In this document: positions 18,349 to 32,860 of the stretch, one piece after another | How the letters are laid out: every line of letters begins with the position of its first letter | How positions within the stretch are numbered: position 1 is the first letter of the stretch | Source: Macrostomum lignano | Lineage: Eukaryota | Assembly: GCA_002269645.1 (NCBI GenBank) | Contig: NIVC01002131.1 | Span: 62,001 to 126,000, forward strand | DNA: 64,000 nucleotides | Direction: 5' to 3' | Notes under the pieces: model-generated | What the model was told of the DNA's origin: nothing | The model's input: only the letters and a program-made list of their open reading frames with translations | The model's database searches: none | Position numbers and translations under genes: made by a program

Positions 18349-19974
18349 TCACTTTCCTAATAAATAATGATACATTCTTTTTATCTTATAGACAGCGTCA
18401 CAAGTATAATTCTCTGCACAGAGAACTCAGATCTAATACTACGCTCGTATTATCTAACCCTCTTCTGTGCACCATAAAATCGCATAAATGAAATCTACAG
18501 TTTAAGATCTCAGAACTTACTTTCTTACCGAAGCTTTATGTGAGAAGAGTCTCTAAGATTATCGATACTCTTATATCTTTTATGGCTTCAGTGCTATTAT
18601 ATCGCTTACCTATCGCGCATGATTAAACGTGCTGCTAAATATGCAGCTTCTGACGCACAGAAACAAGCGAAAAGTACATCCAGTACTATTTACCCGCTCT
18701 TCTCACCAATTCTTGTTGTTTTCGCTCTCGTTAACTTGGCTAGAGGAAAACGCTAGCTCTAATATTTATCCACGGACAGTTTCTGCTTACCTCAACCAGC
18801 CAGTGAAACTTAATCTGATTCAAACGGTCTTGTTTTTGCTTCGTTTGAACGATAATTAGCAAGAAATTGCTGGCTTCTTAAAAATTGTATCATACTTCAA
18901 GGGGGTCTGCTGTTTTGTCCATGCATCGCTTGGTTCACTTTTAGTCTGGCCTGGGCCACAGGAGACACCCACCGGATTTCTTTCTCCCCTGTGTCTCTTC
19001 CCCCAAAAACGCGGCTTCATAAAGACGCAGGGAAATGAGATGAGTATTAAAACCCGACGCAGGAAGGGAAGCTGAGGCAGAGCAGGGAGACTCTATCTAT
19101 TACAGACGGGATTTAATTATCCAACGAACGAGCACAAAGCATAAAGAAGATGCAGTACAAGGACACAGGGTGGATCCGTAGCCGAGGTCACACTCGCTGC
19201 AAGCCATGGATAATGATGCACGCCGATTTGAGAGATCGAATTGCTAGAATTTGCTCACCTGAGCATAGAGATTGTTCGCTGTGCAACCGGCCGCGAAATT
19301 CTCTCTCGATCTGGGACTCTCGATCTGCTCTCGGCTGCCCAAATCTTTCGAGTTCGGCAAGAGTTATTCTCTGTACGAGTATGTCTATCCTGACCTCTGC
19401 ACTGTCACAGGTCAAAGTCCCAGCTCGAACAGAAAGTGAAGTCGAATTCTGATTAGCGGTAGCTACTCGTGAGCTTTGCACAGACAGTGTTTTGCATTCA
19501 ATGGATTTTTATTGGCTTCCAATCAATAGTGAAATCCGGAAAAATGCACAGCTTCATCAGTAGAAAAATAAACAATAGAAATGAGAGCACAATTAAGTAT
19601 ACACAACGCTCAGTGGAAAGACCAGCGGCTTTTGCACGTGGATGATTCGATGCAGCAAATTATAGGAAGATTCCGTCTGTACTCGAGAGGGAAATAAACG
19701 TGCCGATAGCTGCTCTATACACTCAATTTTTCGCGTGCCGTCCTGCGCTTTTCGATTGTCTGTCTGGAATTAATTTGAAAAGGATAAGCATTTATGGGAT
19801 TAATAAGCAAATATGCAGTCTCATTGATTAATTACCCCCTTTGTCAACTCTAACAGAAGCCCCGCATGATACCAAAATTCGCTCACAAAAGTGCTATTCA
19901 AAGCATCATTTCTGCATTTTTACACCCTACTCATACTCTGGCTTTAAAACTCCCAATTTCCACCTTTAACTGTA

Positions 19975-20280
19975 GCCCCGAAACCCCTCATTTCCACACC
20001 CACCTCACACCATAGCCACCGAAACCCCTCATTTCCACACCCACCTCACACCCTATCCCCGAAACCCCTCATTTCCACACCCACCTCACACCCTAGCCCC
20101 GAAACCCCTCATTTCCACACCCACCTCACACCCTAGCCCCGAAACCCCTCATTTCCACACCCACCTCACACCATAGCCACCGAAACCCCTCATTTCCACA
20201 CCCACCTCCAGTCCCCGAACCCCCCACCTTTGCATCTCACATCATACACTAGCCCCCGAAACCCCCTATTTCCACACCTT
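19975..20280. repeat. ~40-bp C-rich minisatellite (CCCCGAAACCCCTCATTTCCACACCCACCTCACACCCTAG)n
   Basis: About 6-7 tandem units. Confidence 0.9.
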
Positions 20281-20754
20281 CCACATGTGGAAATCTTTGC
20301 ATTCAATTTCCAGAGATTGCGCTTCGCCGCACTCTCAAGATTTTCAAGATACTCTGGCACTTTCAATTTTCACAACTGCACGTACAGCTTCACGGCCGGG
20401 CGGCACTCGCTGCAAATGATTTCCATTATAGAAATTGAAAATTAAACACCACCAATAGCAGTGTTCGTTTAATTTGCTTTGTTTACGATGAATTATGACC
20501 AAGTTTAGATGGTCAAGTTCAAGTTGAAAATCGACGCTCCTATTTGTTCTGTCATCTACATGTAAACTGTTATTTCTTAGCACCGGGCTGGTAAATCCAC
20601 TAGCGCGAGGTGAAATGTGCCTGTTTCAGCTTGTGCAACATCAGATACGGAGAGGGACAGGGCGGATGTGGAGAGAGAGAGAGAGACTGGACGGATGGGC
20701 GAAGAGGGACAGGACGGATGGCGAGAGAGTGGAGGGAGGGTAGAAAAGAAGAGA

Positions 20755-20865
20755 GGGAGAGAGGGAGAGGGAGAGGGAGAGGGAGAGAGGGAGAGGGAGA
20801 GGGAGAGAGGGAGAGGGAGAGAGGGAGAGGGAGAGAGGGAGAGAGAGAGGGAGAGGGAGAGAGGA
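20755..20865. repeat. (GAGAGG)n polypurine tract
   Basis: Pure G/A run just 3' of the Cys-rich gene stop. Confidence 0.9.
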
Positions 20866-20918
20866 GAGGCAGCAGGAGCCAGTGTGATGCGCAGAACAGG
20901 CCCGAGGCGCTCACCCCA

Positions 20919-22720
20919 TCACAGACCGGAGTACACCGGCCCGCCATCTCCGCCTTTAATCAGCGGCATCCGCTCATTGCCGGCCGTTGCCGACGCCGCC
21001 GCCGCAGTCATTGAGTCGGAAAAATCGGCGGCACCCGCGCCGCTAGCATCGACAAGACCGGCTCTACGGCGCCGGCGCCGGCGCCAAGCGCGCACGTAGC
21101 CAGCAACGGCGAGGCCGACAATGACGGAGACGATAGCGGAGGCGGACAGCACCGCGTACAGACTGGCGGTCGCCTGGCAGGCGTTGCTGGACTTGTCAGC
21201 GGCCAGGAAAGGACCGCGGCACTGGATTGGCTCGTAGCTGCCTGCCGGACACACGGACAGGGCCGGACAGGACTCGGGGTCCACCCAGGGCCGGGGACAG
21301 TAGTAGCCGGCCGGGCAGGCCAGGCAGCCCAGGGAGCCCTCGGCCCGATTGTAATAGCCGGGCTGGCACAGCTTGCAGTCGTCTACAGCCGGGTAGGCTT
21401 TGTAGAAGCCGCGCCTGCAGGCCTGGCAGTCAAGGCCGCCTTCGTGTTTCTGATCCCGCCCGGCTGGGCAGACCACACAGGCGCTGGCGCCGGTCCAGTT
21501 AGCGAAGGTGCCCGCCGGACAGGGCTGGCAGGCCGACTGACCCGCCGTGTGGCTGAACTGGCCTGGCGGGCAGAGCTGTGGAAGTTTTCCAAGAGCGCTA
21601 ATTAGACGACGAGGCATGAGACTACCTATGTTACAGTTAGTTGCTCCTGCCTTATACCCAATATGAACTATTGCAATCGCTTGTAAGGAAGGTAATCTGA
21701 ATGTAGGACAAGCGTACCCCTGCCCGATATAGCCAGCCCCATTAAAGCACCTATAGTTTTCCCTTCATTCCATGTATCTTATGTATCAGTATCTTCCCAA
21801 CGGTTCCCCTTCTCCCCCACTGTTTGTTCCCCATTCTCCCCTACGGTTCGACACTTCCCTACGGTTCCCATTCTCCCCCTACTGTTCCCCATTCTCCCCT
21901 CTACGGTTCGACATTCTCCCCTACGGTTCCCATTCTCCCCTACGGTTCCCATTCTCCCCCTACGGTTCCCCATTCTCCCCCCTACGGTTCGACATTCTCC
22001 CCTACGGTTCCCATTCTCCCCCTACGGTTCCCCATTCTCCCCCCTACGGTTCCCCATTCTCCCCCTACGGTTCCCCATTCTCCTCCTACGGTTCCCCATT
22101 CTCCCCCTACGGTTCCCCATTCTCCCCCTACGGTTCCCCATTCTCCTCCTACGGTTCCCCATTCTCCTCCTACGGTTCCCCATTCTCCTCCTACGGTTCC
22201 CCATTCTCCTCCTGCGGTTCCCCATTCTCCCCTATACGATTCTTCTTCCACCAGTCCTCAATTTTACTTGGCACTCTAAACTGGCCAACTCGTCCGAGTA
22301 GCTCCCGGCCGGACAGGCGCCGCACAGCTGTGCGCCTGACTCGGATTTGTTGAAACCCGGCCGGCATTCGGTACAGTTAATGGCGCCTCTGCTGGGCGCC
22401 TCCTCGCCTGCTGGACAGGCTGTGCAGCCGGCCTGGCCGGACGCAGGCTGGTGCATGCCCACCGGACAGGGCTGACAGTCCCGCTGTCCAGGCTTGGCCT
22501 GGCTAGTGCCAGGCGGACACCGGGCGCACTGGCCGACATCTGTGCAACGACCCTGGGGACATTTGGTGCAGCCAGGTTCGTTAAGATTCCACACTCGGCC
22601 AGCCGGGCACTCAACGCAAGTCGCGGCGTCGCTGGCAGACATCAAAGAGGCCGTCGATATTAATAATTGCGCAATTAGTGCCGCCGCCAGTCTAACTAAA
22701 TTGATTTGGCGTTTTATCAT
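20919..22720 (-). CDS. Type I membrane protein with ~13 CxxCPxG (GCC2/GCC3, ephrin-receptor-like/TNFR-like) repeats, 2 exons (22720-22268, 21575-20919), ~369 aa
   Basis: Signal-peptide-like N-terminus MIKRQINLVRLAAALIAQLLISTASLMSA; repeated C..CP.G units; TM LYAVLSASAIVSVIVGLAVAGYV followed by poly-Arg; phase-0 GT-AG intron. Confidence 0.85.
21800..22235. repeat. ~21-bp minisatellite (CCCCCTACGGTTCCCCATTCT)n in the intron of the Cys-rich gene
   Basis: Tandem units; PPTVPHS/PYGSPFS ORFs. Confidence 0.93.
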
Positions 22721-23178
22721 ACTGTTGATTATTGCTTTTTTCAGCTTGATTGCCTGTAATTAAAGATGAACGCATAAGCACCACTTAGTTTTATTACAGT
22801 GCACACAGCTTTGACGGGAGTGCGCTGCGCTTATCTTAGTCTTAAGACTGCGGGCTGGTGAAGGGCAATGAAATAAGCCGAAAACCGAGTCCTCGACCCT
22901 CTGTCCTTATCTCTTTCAGGCTTCGTCCTTCTCTCCTATTTGGTTAGGAAGGGTGTACATTTGGACAGACCCCTCCCCCACACCCATAGAGTTCGTAACA
23001 AACCGTACATTGCCGTCCTTTGCCGTGAATGTACATTGACGATAAGGGAATGGGGGCTAGAGAAAAGTTCTATTTTCTGCCAAGCGAAAAAATAACCGCT
23101 TCTGATACGAATACATGTAATAAGCCTAAGGAGATTAAGTAAGACGATAAAACTAATTTTTGGTTAAGGTCAATGGTT

Positions 23179-23288
23179 GGTTATTCGTAAGTGAGACTTT
23201 AGGATAATAGTCCGGCTCATGAGTGCGCGCAGCCGGACGCACGAGTGAGCATAGGACTATTATCCTAAAGTCTCACTTACGAATAACC
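23179..23288. other. Perfect 35-bp inverted repeat with 40-nt partly self-complementary spacer
   Basis: GGTTATTCGTAAGTGAGACTTTAGGATAATAGTCC (23179-23213) and its exact reverse complement (23254-23288). Confidence 0.95.
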
Positions 23289-23639
23289 GCATTGTCGAAT
23301 TTCAGTGGGGCCATAGACAAAAAGGGCATCGAAAGGAGAGAGGGGTTACCGAGGAGAGAGAGACATAAAGACTGAGGTGGTTTACTGGAGTTTGGGCCAT
23401 AGACAACGAAGTTGCAAACAGGCTTGGGGTTAAGAGGGTGGAAAGGAAGGAGATGTGGAGAGAAAGAGAGAATAAAACGTAAATAGCTACATTCGCTTGG
23501 CCATGGAGAACCAGACGTCATATCCGATCAACTGGGGCAATCTGCCTGTCGAAAGTTTAGCCAACGTATCTAGCAGCGAACTCAATTGGATCTCAAGACT
23601 TTCCACATCTCAGAAGGACATGAAGGATAACGAAGACTT

Positions 23640-23978
23640 TTTGAACTTCTTGCACTTTCTTGAGACCTGGAATCGGCTGGGCATTCGATGAGCGAGATCA
23701 TGGCTATCACGGGTCAAAAGTCCGAGAGCACGGTCCGGCGCTACCTGGCATGTTAAACGGGACAAGTCCCTGCAACAATGCAGCGATGCAGTGTCGCGTC
23801 GCGTGCGTTGAACATGGGACAAAGCGCCGCGACCCACGGTCAAGTAACAATGCCTGCTGACATCAGCATCCAAAGTTCCATCGTGCAAGAAGCAGTGAGC
23901 GTGTCTGATGGTCGTCAGATGAACGGTCGGAATATCTTTATTATGAACAACTGCACTTTCAACAATTGCAATCTGTAA
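23640..23978 (+). pseudogene. Relic of a Crypton/DUF3504-like tyrosine recombinase C-terminus
   Basis: Frame 23688-23756 reads MSEIMAITGQKSESTVRRYL, matching the YR motif EIM..TGHKS.SS...Y. A tail IFIMNNCTFNNCNL follows. Disrupted by stops and a frameshift; upstream HxxR motif absent. Confidence 0.55.
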
Positions 23979-24320
23979 TGGTCTTCGGCACTATGACAAT
24001 TGCGCCATATTGATACTGCACAATTAACTTTCCATAGCGCTAATCTTTTGTTGTTGGTGTTTGCTGTTTTGTTCTAAAAATAGGCGTCCATTATCCCGAG
24101 TTTGAAATCATTATCCTGAAGTTTAAGTGAAAAAATAAATAAATGTGCTCATGGTTTAACCATAGACGATTGCATTATCCTAAAGGCTGATTTTTGACAA
24201 TGACTATAGGGTATCAGTACTTTGAAAATGCACAATTTTAATGCTTTCTCGAAAGCAAAACCTTGATCGTATAGATAGTGGAATTTAAATTCAGCTAAAT
24301 GAGTTTAAGTGAGCCAGAAC

Positions 24321-24812
24321 TAGGGATTGCAATCCCGGGATCCCGAAATCCCGGGATTGGGCCTAAATCCCGGGATTTCCAGTCCCAGGATCCGGGACCC
24401 CAAATCCCGGGACTAATTTTTGTTAATATTTTTTACAAAAAGTGCTGTAATATAAACATAATTAGGCCCACAACTAGTTTATTATACTGCGCTAATTTCC
24501 GTTAATTGCCTCACGTCGTGTGGCACCTTTTTAAACCCCGCATCACAGATTTAAATGTCAAATTAATTCCAATTTAAATTTTAATATGATTTGCTTCTTT
24601 ACTACTAATTAGTACATTTATACTACTTACTTCAATAGGTCACAAGATAATGCTGTTATCATCTACAAATAGATCATTATCTCTATAACAATAAAAAAGT
24701 AAGCAAAAAAGCGTTTAGCGCATATTTTGCCTTAAAATTTCAACCTAGAAGCATAAAAATCTGTATTATTCTGATCCCGGGATCACAAAAATCCGGGATT
24801 TTGCAATCCCTA
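24321..24812. mobile_element. hAT-type MITE, 492 bp
   Basis: 8-bp TSD GCCAGAAC (24313-24320, 24813-24820); TIR TAGGGATTGCAA/TTGCAATCCCTA; subterminal ATCCCGGGA repeats; AT-rich core. Confidence 0.9.
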
Positions 24813-24834
24813 GCCAGAACTCTGGAAAAAAGAG

Positions 24835-25535
24835 CGCCGGCTGTAGGGAAGGGGCGCCGGCTGTAGGAAAGGGGCGCCGGCTGTAGGGAAGGGGCGCCGG
24901 CTGTAGGAAAGGGGCGCCGGCTGTAGGTAAGGGGCGCCGGCTGTAGGTAAGGGGCGCCGGCTGTAGGGAAGGGGCGCCGGCTGTAGGGAAGGGGCGCCGG
25001 CTGTAGGAAAGGGGCGCCGGCTGTAGGTAAGGGGCGCCGGCTGTAGGTAAGGGGCGCCGGCTGTAGGGAAGGGGCGCCGGCTGTAGGAAAGGGGCGCTGC
25101 AAGGAGGAGAGCGCCGTAGAGAAGAGGGCGCCGTAGAGAAGGGGCGTCGTTAAGGAGCGCCGTAGGGAAGGGAACACCGTAGGGGAGAGAACACCGTAGG
25201 GAAGGGGGCGCCGTAGGGAATGGAGCGCCGTAGGGAATGGAGCGCCGTAGGGAAGAGAGCGCCGTAGGGAATGGAGCGCCGTAGGGAAGAGAGCGCCGTA
25301 GGGAATGGAGCGCCGTAGGGAATGGAGCGCCGTAGGGAATGGAGCGCTGTAGGGAATGGAGCGCCGTAGTGAAGAGAGCGCCGTAGGGAAGAGAGCGCCG
25401 TAGGGAATGGAGCGCCGTAGGGGAGGGGGCACCGTAGGGAAGAGAGCGCCGTAGGGAAGGGGGCGCCGTAGGGAATGGACTGCCATAAGGGCGCTGTAGG
25501 GAAGGGAGCGCTATAGGTAAGGGGCGCTGTAGGGA
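24835..25535. repeat. Two adjacent related GC-rich minisatellites (~20-bp GGGGCGCCGGCTGTAGGGAA and ~17-bp GAGCGCCGTAGGGAATG)
   Basis: Tandem units sharing a GCGCC..TAGGG core. Confidence 0.92.
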
Positions 25536-26544
25536 AGGGAGAGAGGGAGAAATCGGGATTCTGTGAACAGTTTGCCGGTGTATTAAATTGGCTAGCCAGC
25601 AATAACAGATTTGAGAGACAAAATTGCTACGAATGCATCGCCAACACTTCAACACTAAGCAGAAACAAAAATGCTTTTAGAAGGGCACCTGTGCACCTGG
25701 GCTAAGCTGCTTCATCAACGAAATACATGGACGGACTTATCATTGGGCCGCGGGGGATTATTCAGGTTTTGACACACGAGACGACAGGGCGCTGCAAAAG
25801 AGACGGGCTTCAGTCAGGCTCAGAGAAATCCTGCTTTCTTCTATAGTATCTTTTATTATCTTCCCATAATCCCCTAGGAAAGAAGAGACAGGTACAAATC
25901 GGGATGCTGGGATTAGACGCTAAGCTCTTATCCTCTTCCCCTACAAGCGATTGGTCGGCGCCAATGTCCAGTGCTCTCTCATGTCAATCCCCTCCCAAAA
26001 ATTCTATAAGCTGATGCCCACCGCCCTCGCAATCCTTCTCGATTCTATCGCAGGGCGAGTAGGTGCAGAAAGAAATCTTTTCTTTTCATTGCAAGATTTC
26101 TGCTTCTGTGCTGCCTGCCCCGGCTCGAGTGTCAGGCTAGACGAACAGGCAGGTAAGAGTGATTGCTTTGCCACTCAGTCAGGGTCTTGAAGAAGTCTTG
26201 TAGTCTGCTGATTAAAAAGTACATAGGCGGATTTAGCAGGACCCTGAAGCCCTTCTGCTGAGGAAAATGAAAGCGTTATTAAAAAGAACACCGAATTGAG
26301 TTTCCTGTGTCAGTTTCATTTCCTGCTGCGATATCTCCGACATGAAGCAAGAAAGCTGACAGCAATACGCGAACTTATTTGCTACTAAAAATGTGATGTC
26401 TAAAGATGTGATGTCTAGAGAAAAAAAACGGCTTAATATTTGCTATTTTCTTTCATACGAGTACTTTGATAAAAAATTTTGACACACCCAGTACAGCAAA
26501 TAAAGTACCCAATAGTACAGCAATCAGGATATCCGGTACAACTA

Positions 26545-26755
26545 TGAGATACCCAGTACAGCAACCGGGATGCCCAGTACAGCAACCGGGATCCAGTACA
26601 GCAACCGGGATGCACAGTACAGCAACCAGGATGCCCAGTACAGCAACCGGGATGCACAGTACAGCAATCAGGATGCACAGTACAGCAACCGGGATGCCCA
26701 GTACAGCAACCGGGATGCACAGTACAGCAACCGGGATGCACAGTACAGCAACCGG
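26545..26755. repeat. 21-bp minisatellite (CAGTACAGCAACCGGGATGCA)n upstream of the adaptor gene
   Basis: About 10 units. Confidence 0.92.
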
Positions 26756-26796
26756 CATACTATACCAGCCCGCAGGGATTTCCTACCGCTAATCTG

Positions 26797-30677
<3,881 letters not shown>

Positions 30678-30944
30678 GCCGATTTAACAACAAGGAGGAC
30701 AAAAAAGACAACGATTTGGCTGAGATTAAAGCTGGCGAAAAAATGGTCAGAAAATTTTTGTTTAAAACTTTGTTTTTGAAATTTTCTGTGTGTTCATTAA
30801 ATACTTTGATTGTTGCCAAGCCGCGCACAGTTTAGCTGACAATCTGTCTGACAATCTGACCCTATCCCTGACATTCTTTCTGATCATCAAGAATACAATC
30901 TAATACTTTGGTGTCAAATTCTTTGATTTTTTAAAATTGGATTT

Positions 30945-31385
30945 GAGTTCTAGCTCTAATTCTAGTGCTAATTCGAGTTCTAGTAGCGCTAATTCGAGTT
31001 CTAGTAGCGCTAATTCGAGTTCTAGTAGCGCTAATTCGAGTTCTAGTAGCGCTAATTCGAGTTCTAGTAGCGCCAATTCGAGTTCTAGTAGCGCTAATTC
31101 GAGTTCTAGTAGCGCTAATTCGAGTTCTAGTAGCGCTAATTCGAGTTCTAGTAGCGCTAATTCGAGTTCTAGTAGCGCCAATTCGAGTTCTAGTAGCGCT
31201 AATTCGAGTTCTAGTAGCGCTAATTCGAGTTCTAGTAGCGCTAATTCGAGTTCTAGTAGCGCTAATTCGAGTTCTGGTAGCGCAACTACGAGTTCTAGTA
31301 GCGCTAATTCGAGTTCTGGTAGCGCAACTACGAGTTCTAGTAGCGCAACTACGAGTTCTAGTAGCGCCAATTCGAGCTCTAGTAG
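30945..31385. repeat. 21-bp minisatellite (CTAGTAGCGCTAATTCGAGTT)n
   Basis: About 20 units; SSSSANS/LLELELA ORFs are artefacts. Confidence 0.95.
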
Positions 31386-31789
31386 GGTCGATTTCAGCTC
31401 AAGTGGCGTCAAGATGAGTCAGGGTAATTGCTGTCGAAAGAAGAGCTGTTGTGCAGTTATCGAACAGAGTGCTCAAAACGAATTCCAGACTCGATACTAA
31501 GCTGCATGCGGCAGCTTTCCGACAGAAGCAAAGCAGAGCAGAGGGACAGGGAAAGGGGATAGAAGAGAGAAGCGCTGGATACATGCCGTCTTCTATTTAG
31601 TAGAAGAAGTAGATACCTATCTGCTTGCACGTAAATGTACGAAGACATAAAATAAACAGATATTGCCGATATGTAGCGTACATCTAGTTATCTAATTTTA
31701 CACTACCCAGAGCAAGGACCATCTTTCGATGCGTAGAGGTAGCTCGTACGAGTGAAAATATATTTCTACATTAGCAGATTCAGTCCATT

Positions 31790-32416
31790 GCCGATATGTA
31801 GCGTAGTTATCTAATTCTTATGTACCAGGATTGGTGGATTGCCGATATGTAGCGTAGCTATCTAATTCGTATGTACCAGGATTGGTGGATTGCCGATATG
31901 TAGCGTAGTTATCTAATTCTTATGTACTAGGATTGGTGGATTGCCGATATGTAGCGTAGCTATCTAATTCGTATGTACCAGGATTGGTGGATTGCCGATA
32001 TGTAGCGTAGTTATCTAATTCTTATGTACCAGGATTGGTGGATTGCCGATATGTAGCGTAGTTATCTAATTCTTATGTACCAGGATTGGTGGATTGCCGA
32101 TATGTAGCGTAGTTATCTAATTCTTATGTACCAGGATTGGTGGATTGCCGATATGTAGCGTAGTTATCTAATTCTTATGTACCAGGATTGGTGGATTGCC
32201 GATATGTAGCGTAGTTATCTAATTCTTATGTACCAGGATTGGTGGATTGCCGATATGTAGCGTAGCTATCTAATTCGTATGTACCAGGATTGGTGGATTG
32301 CCGATATGTAGCGTTGTTATCTAATTATTATGTACCAGGATTGGTGGATTGCCGATATGTAGCGTAGTTATCTAATTCTTATGTACCAGGATTGGTGGAT
32401 TGCCGATATGTAGCGT
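31790..32416. repeat. 51-bp tandem repeat (TTGCCGATATGTAGCGTAGTTATCTAATTCTTATGTACCAGGATTGGTGGA)n
   Basis: About 12 near-identical units between the convergent adaptor and SMG6 3' ends. Confidence 0.95.
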
Positions 32417-32860
32417 AAATATCGGTCTACATTAAAAGCAAAACAAAGGTCAATGGTGCTGCTTCTAGAAGGCGGCCAGTGAAGTAAGGAAGGCAGCAAG
32501 AGCAAAAGGACCAGAGCATTTATTTAATTACTCGTAGGAATTGAAGAGAGTGCAGGAATCGCGAAACGAATGCTTCATAAACATCGCAAGCAGTTTATTT
32601 TATATTATATTTTCAGTATATTATACACAAAATGCACTGCAATGCATTAGGGCAGTATAAATAATATCGCGTTGGAGGGAAATTTGAAAAATTAAGGCAA
32701 AAAGAAAATTAAAACTCGTATACATAGATTAATTTACAATGAGAGAGAGAGAAAGTAATTATATAGGCAGGTGTGACATCAGATATTAGCATACTAAGTA
32801 CACTTTGTACTTTCAAAGATTACGCGACTAGCCTGCGCTCGGCTGAGGGACAGCTGAAGG

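Noticed and set aside
19150-19481. ORFs with a CSLC..CP motif as a decayed LINE C-terminus
   Set aside because: Too short and degenerate; no RT motifs nearby.
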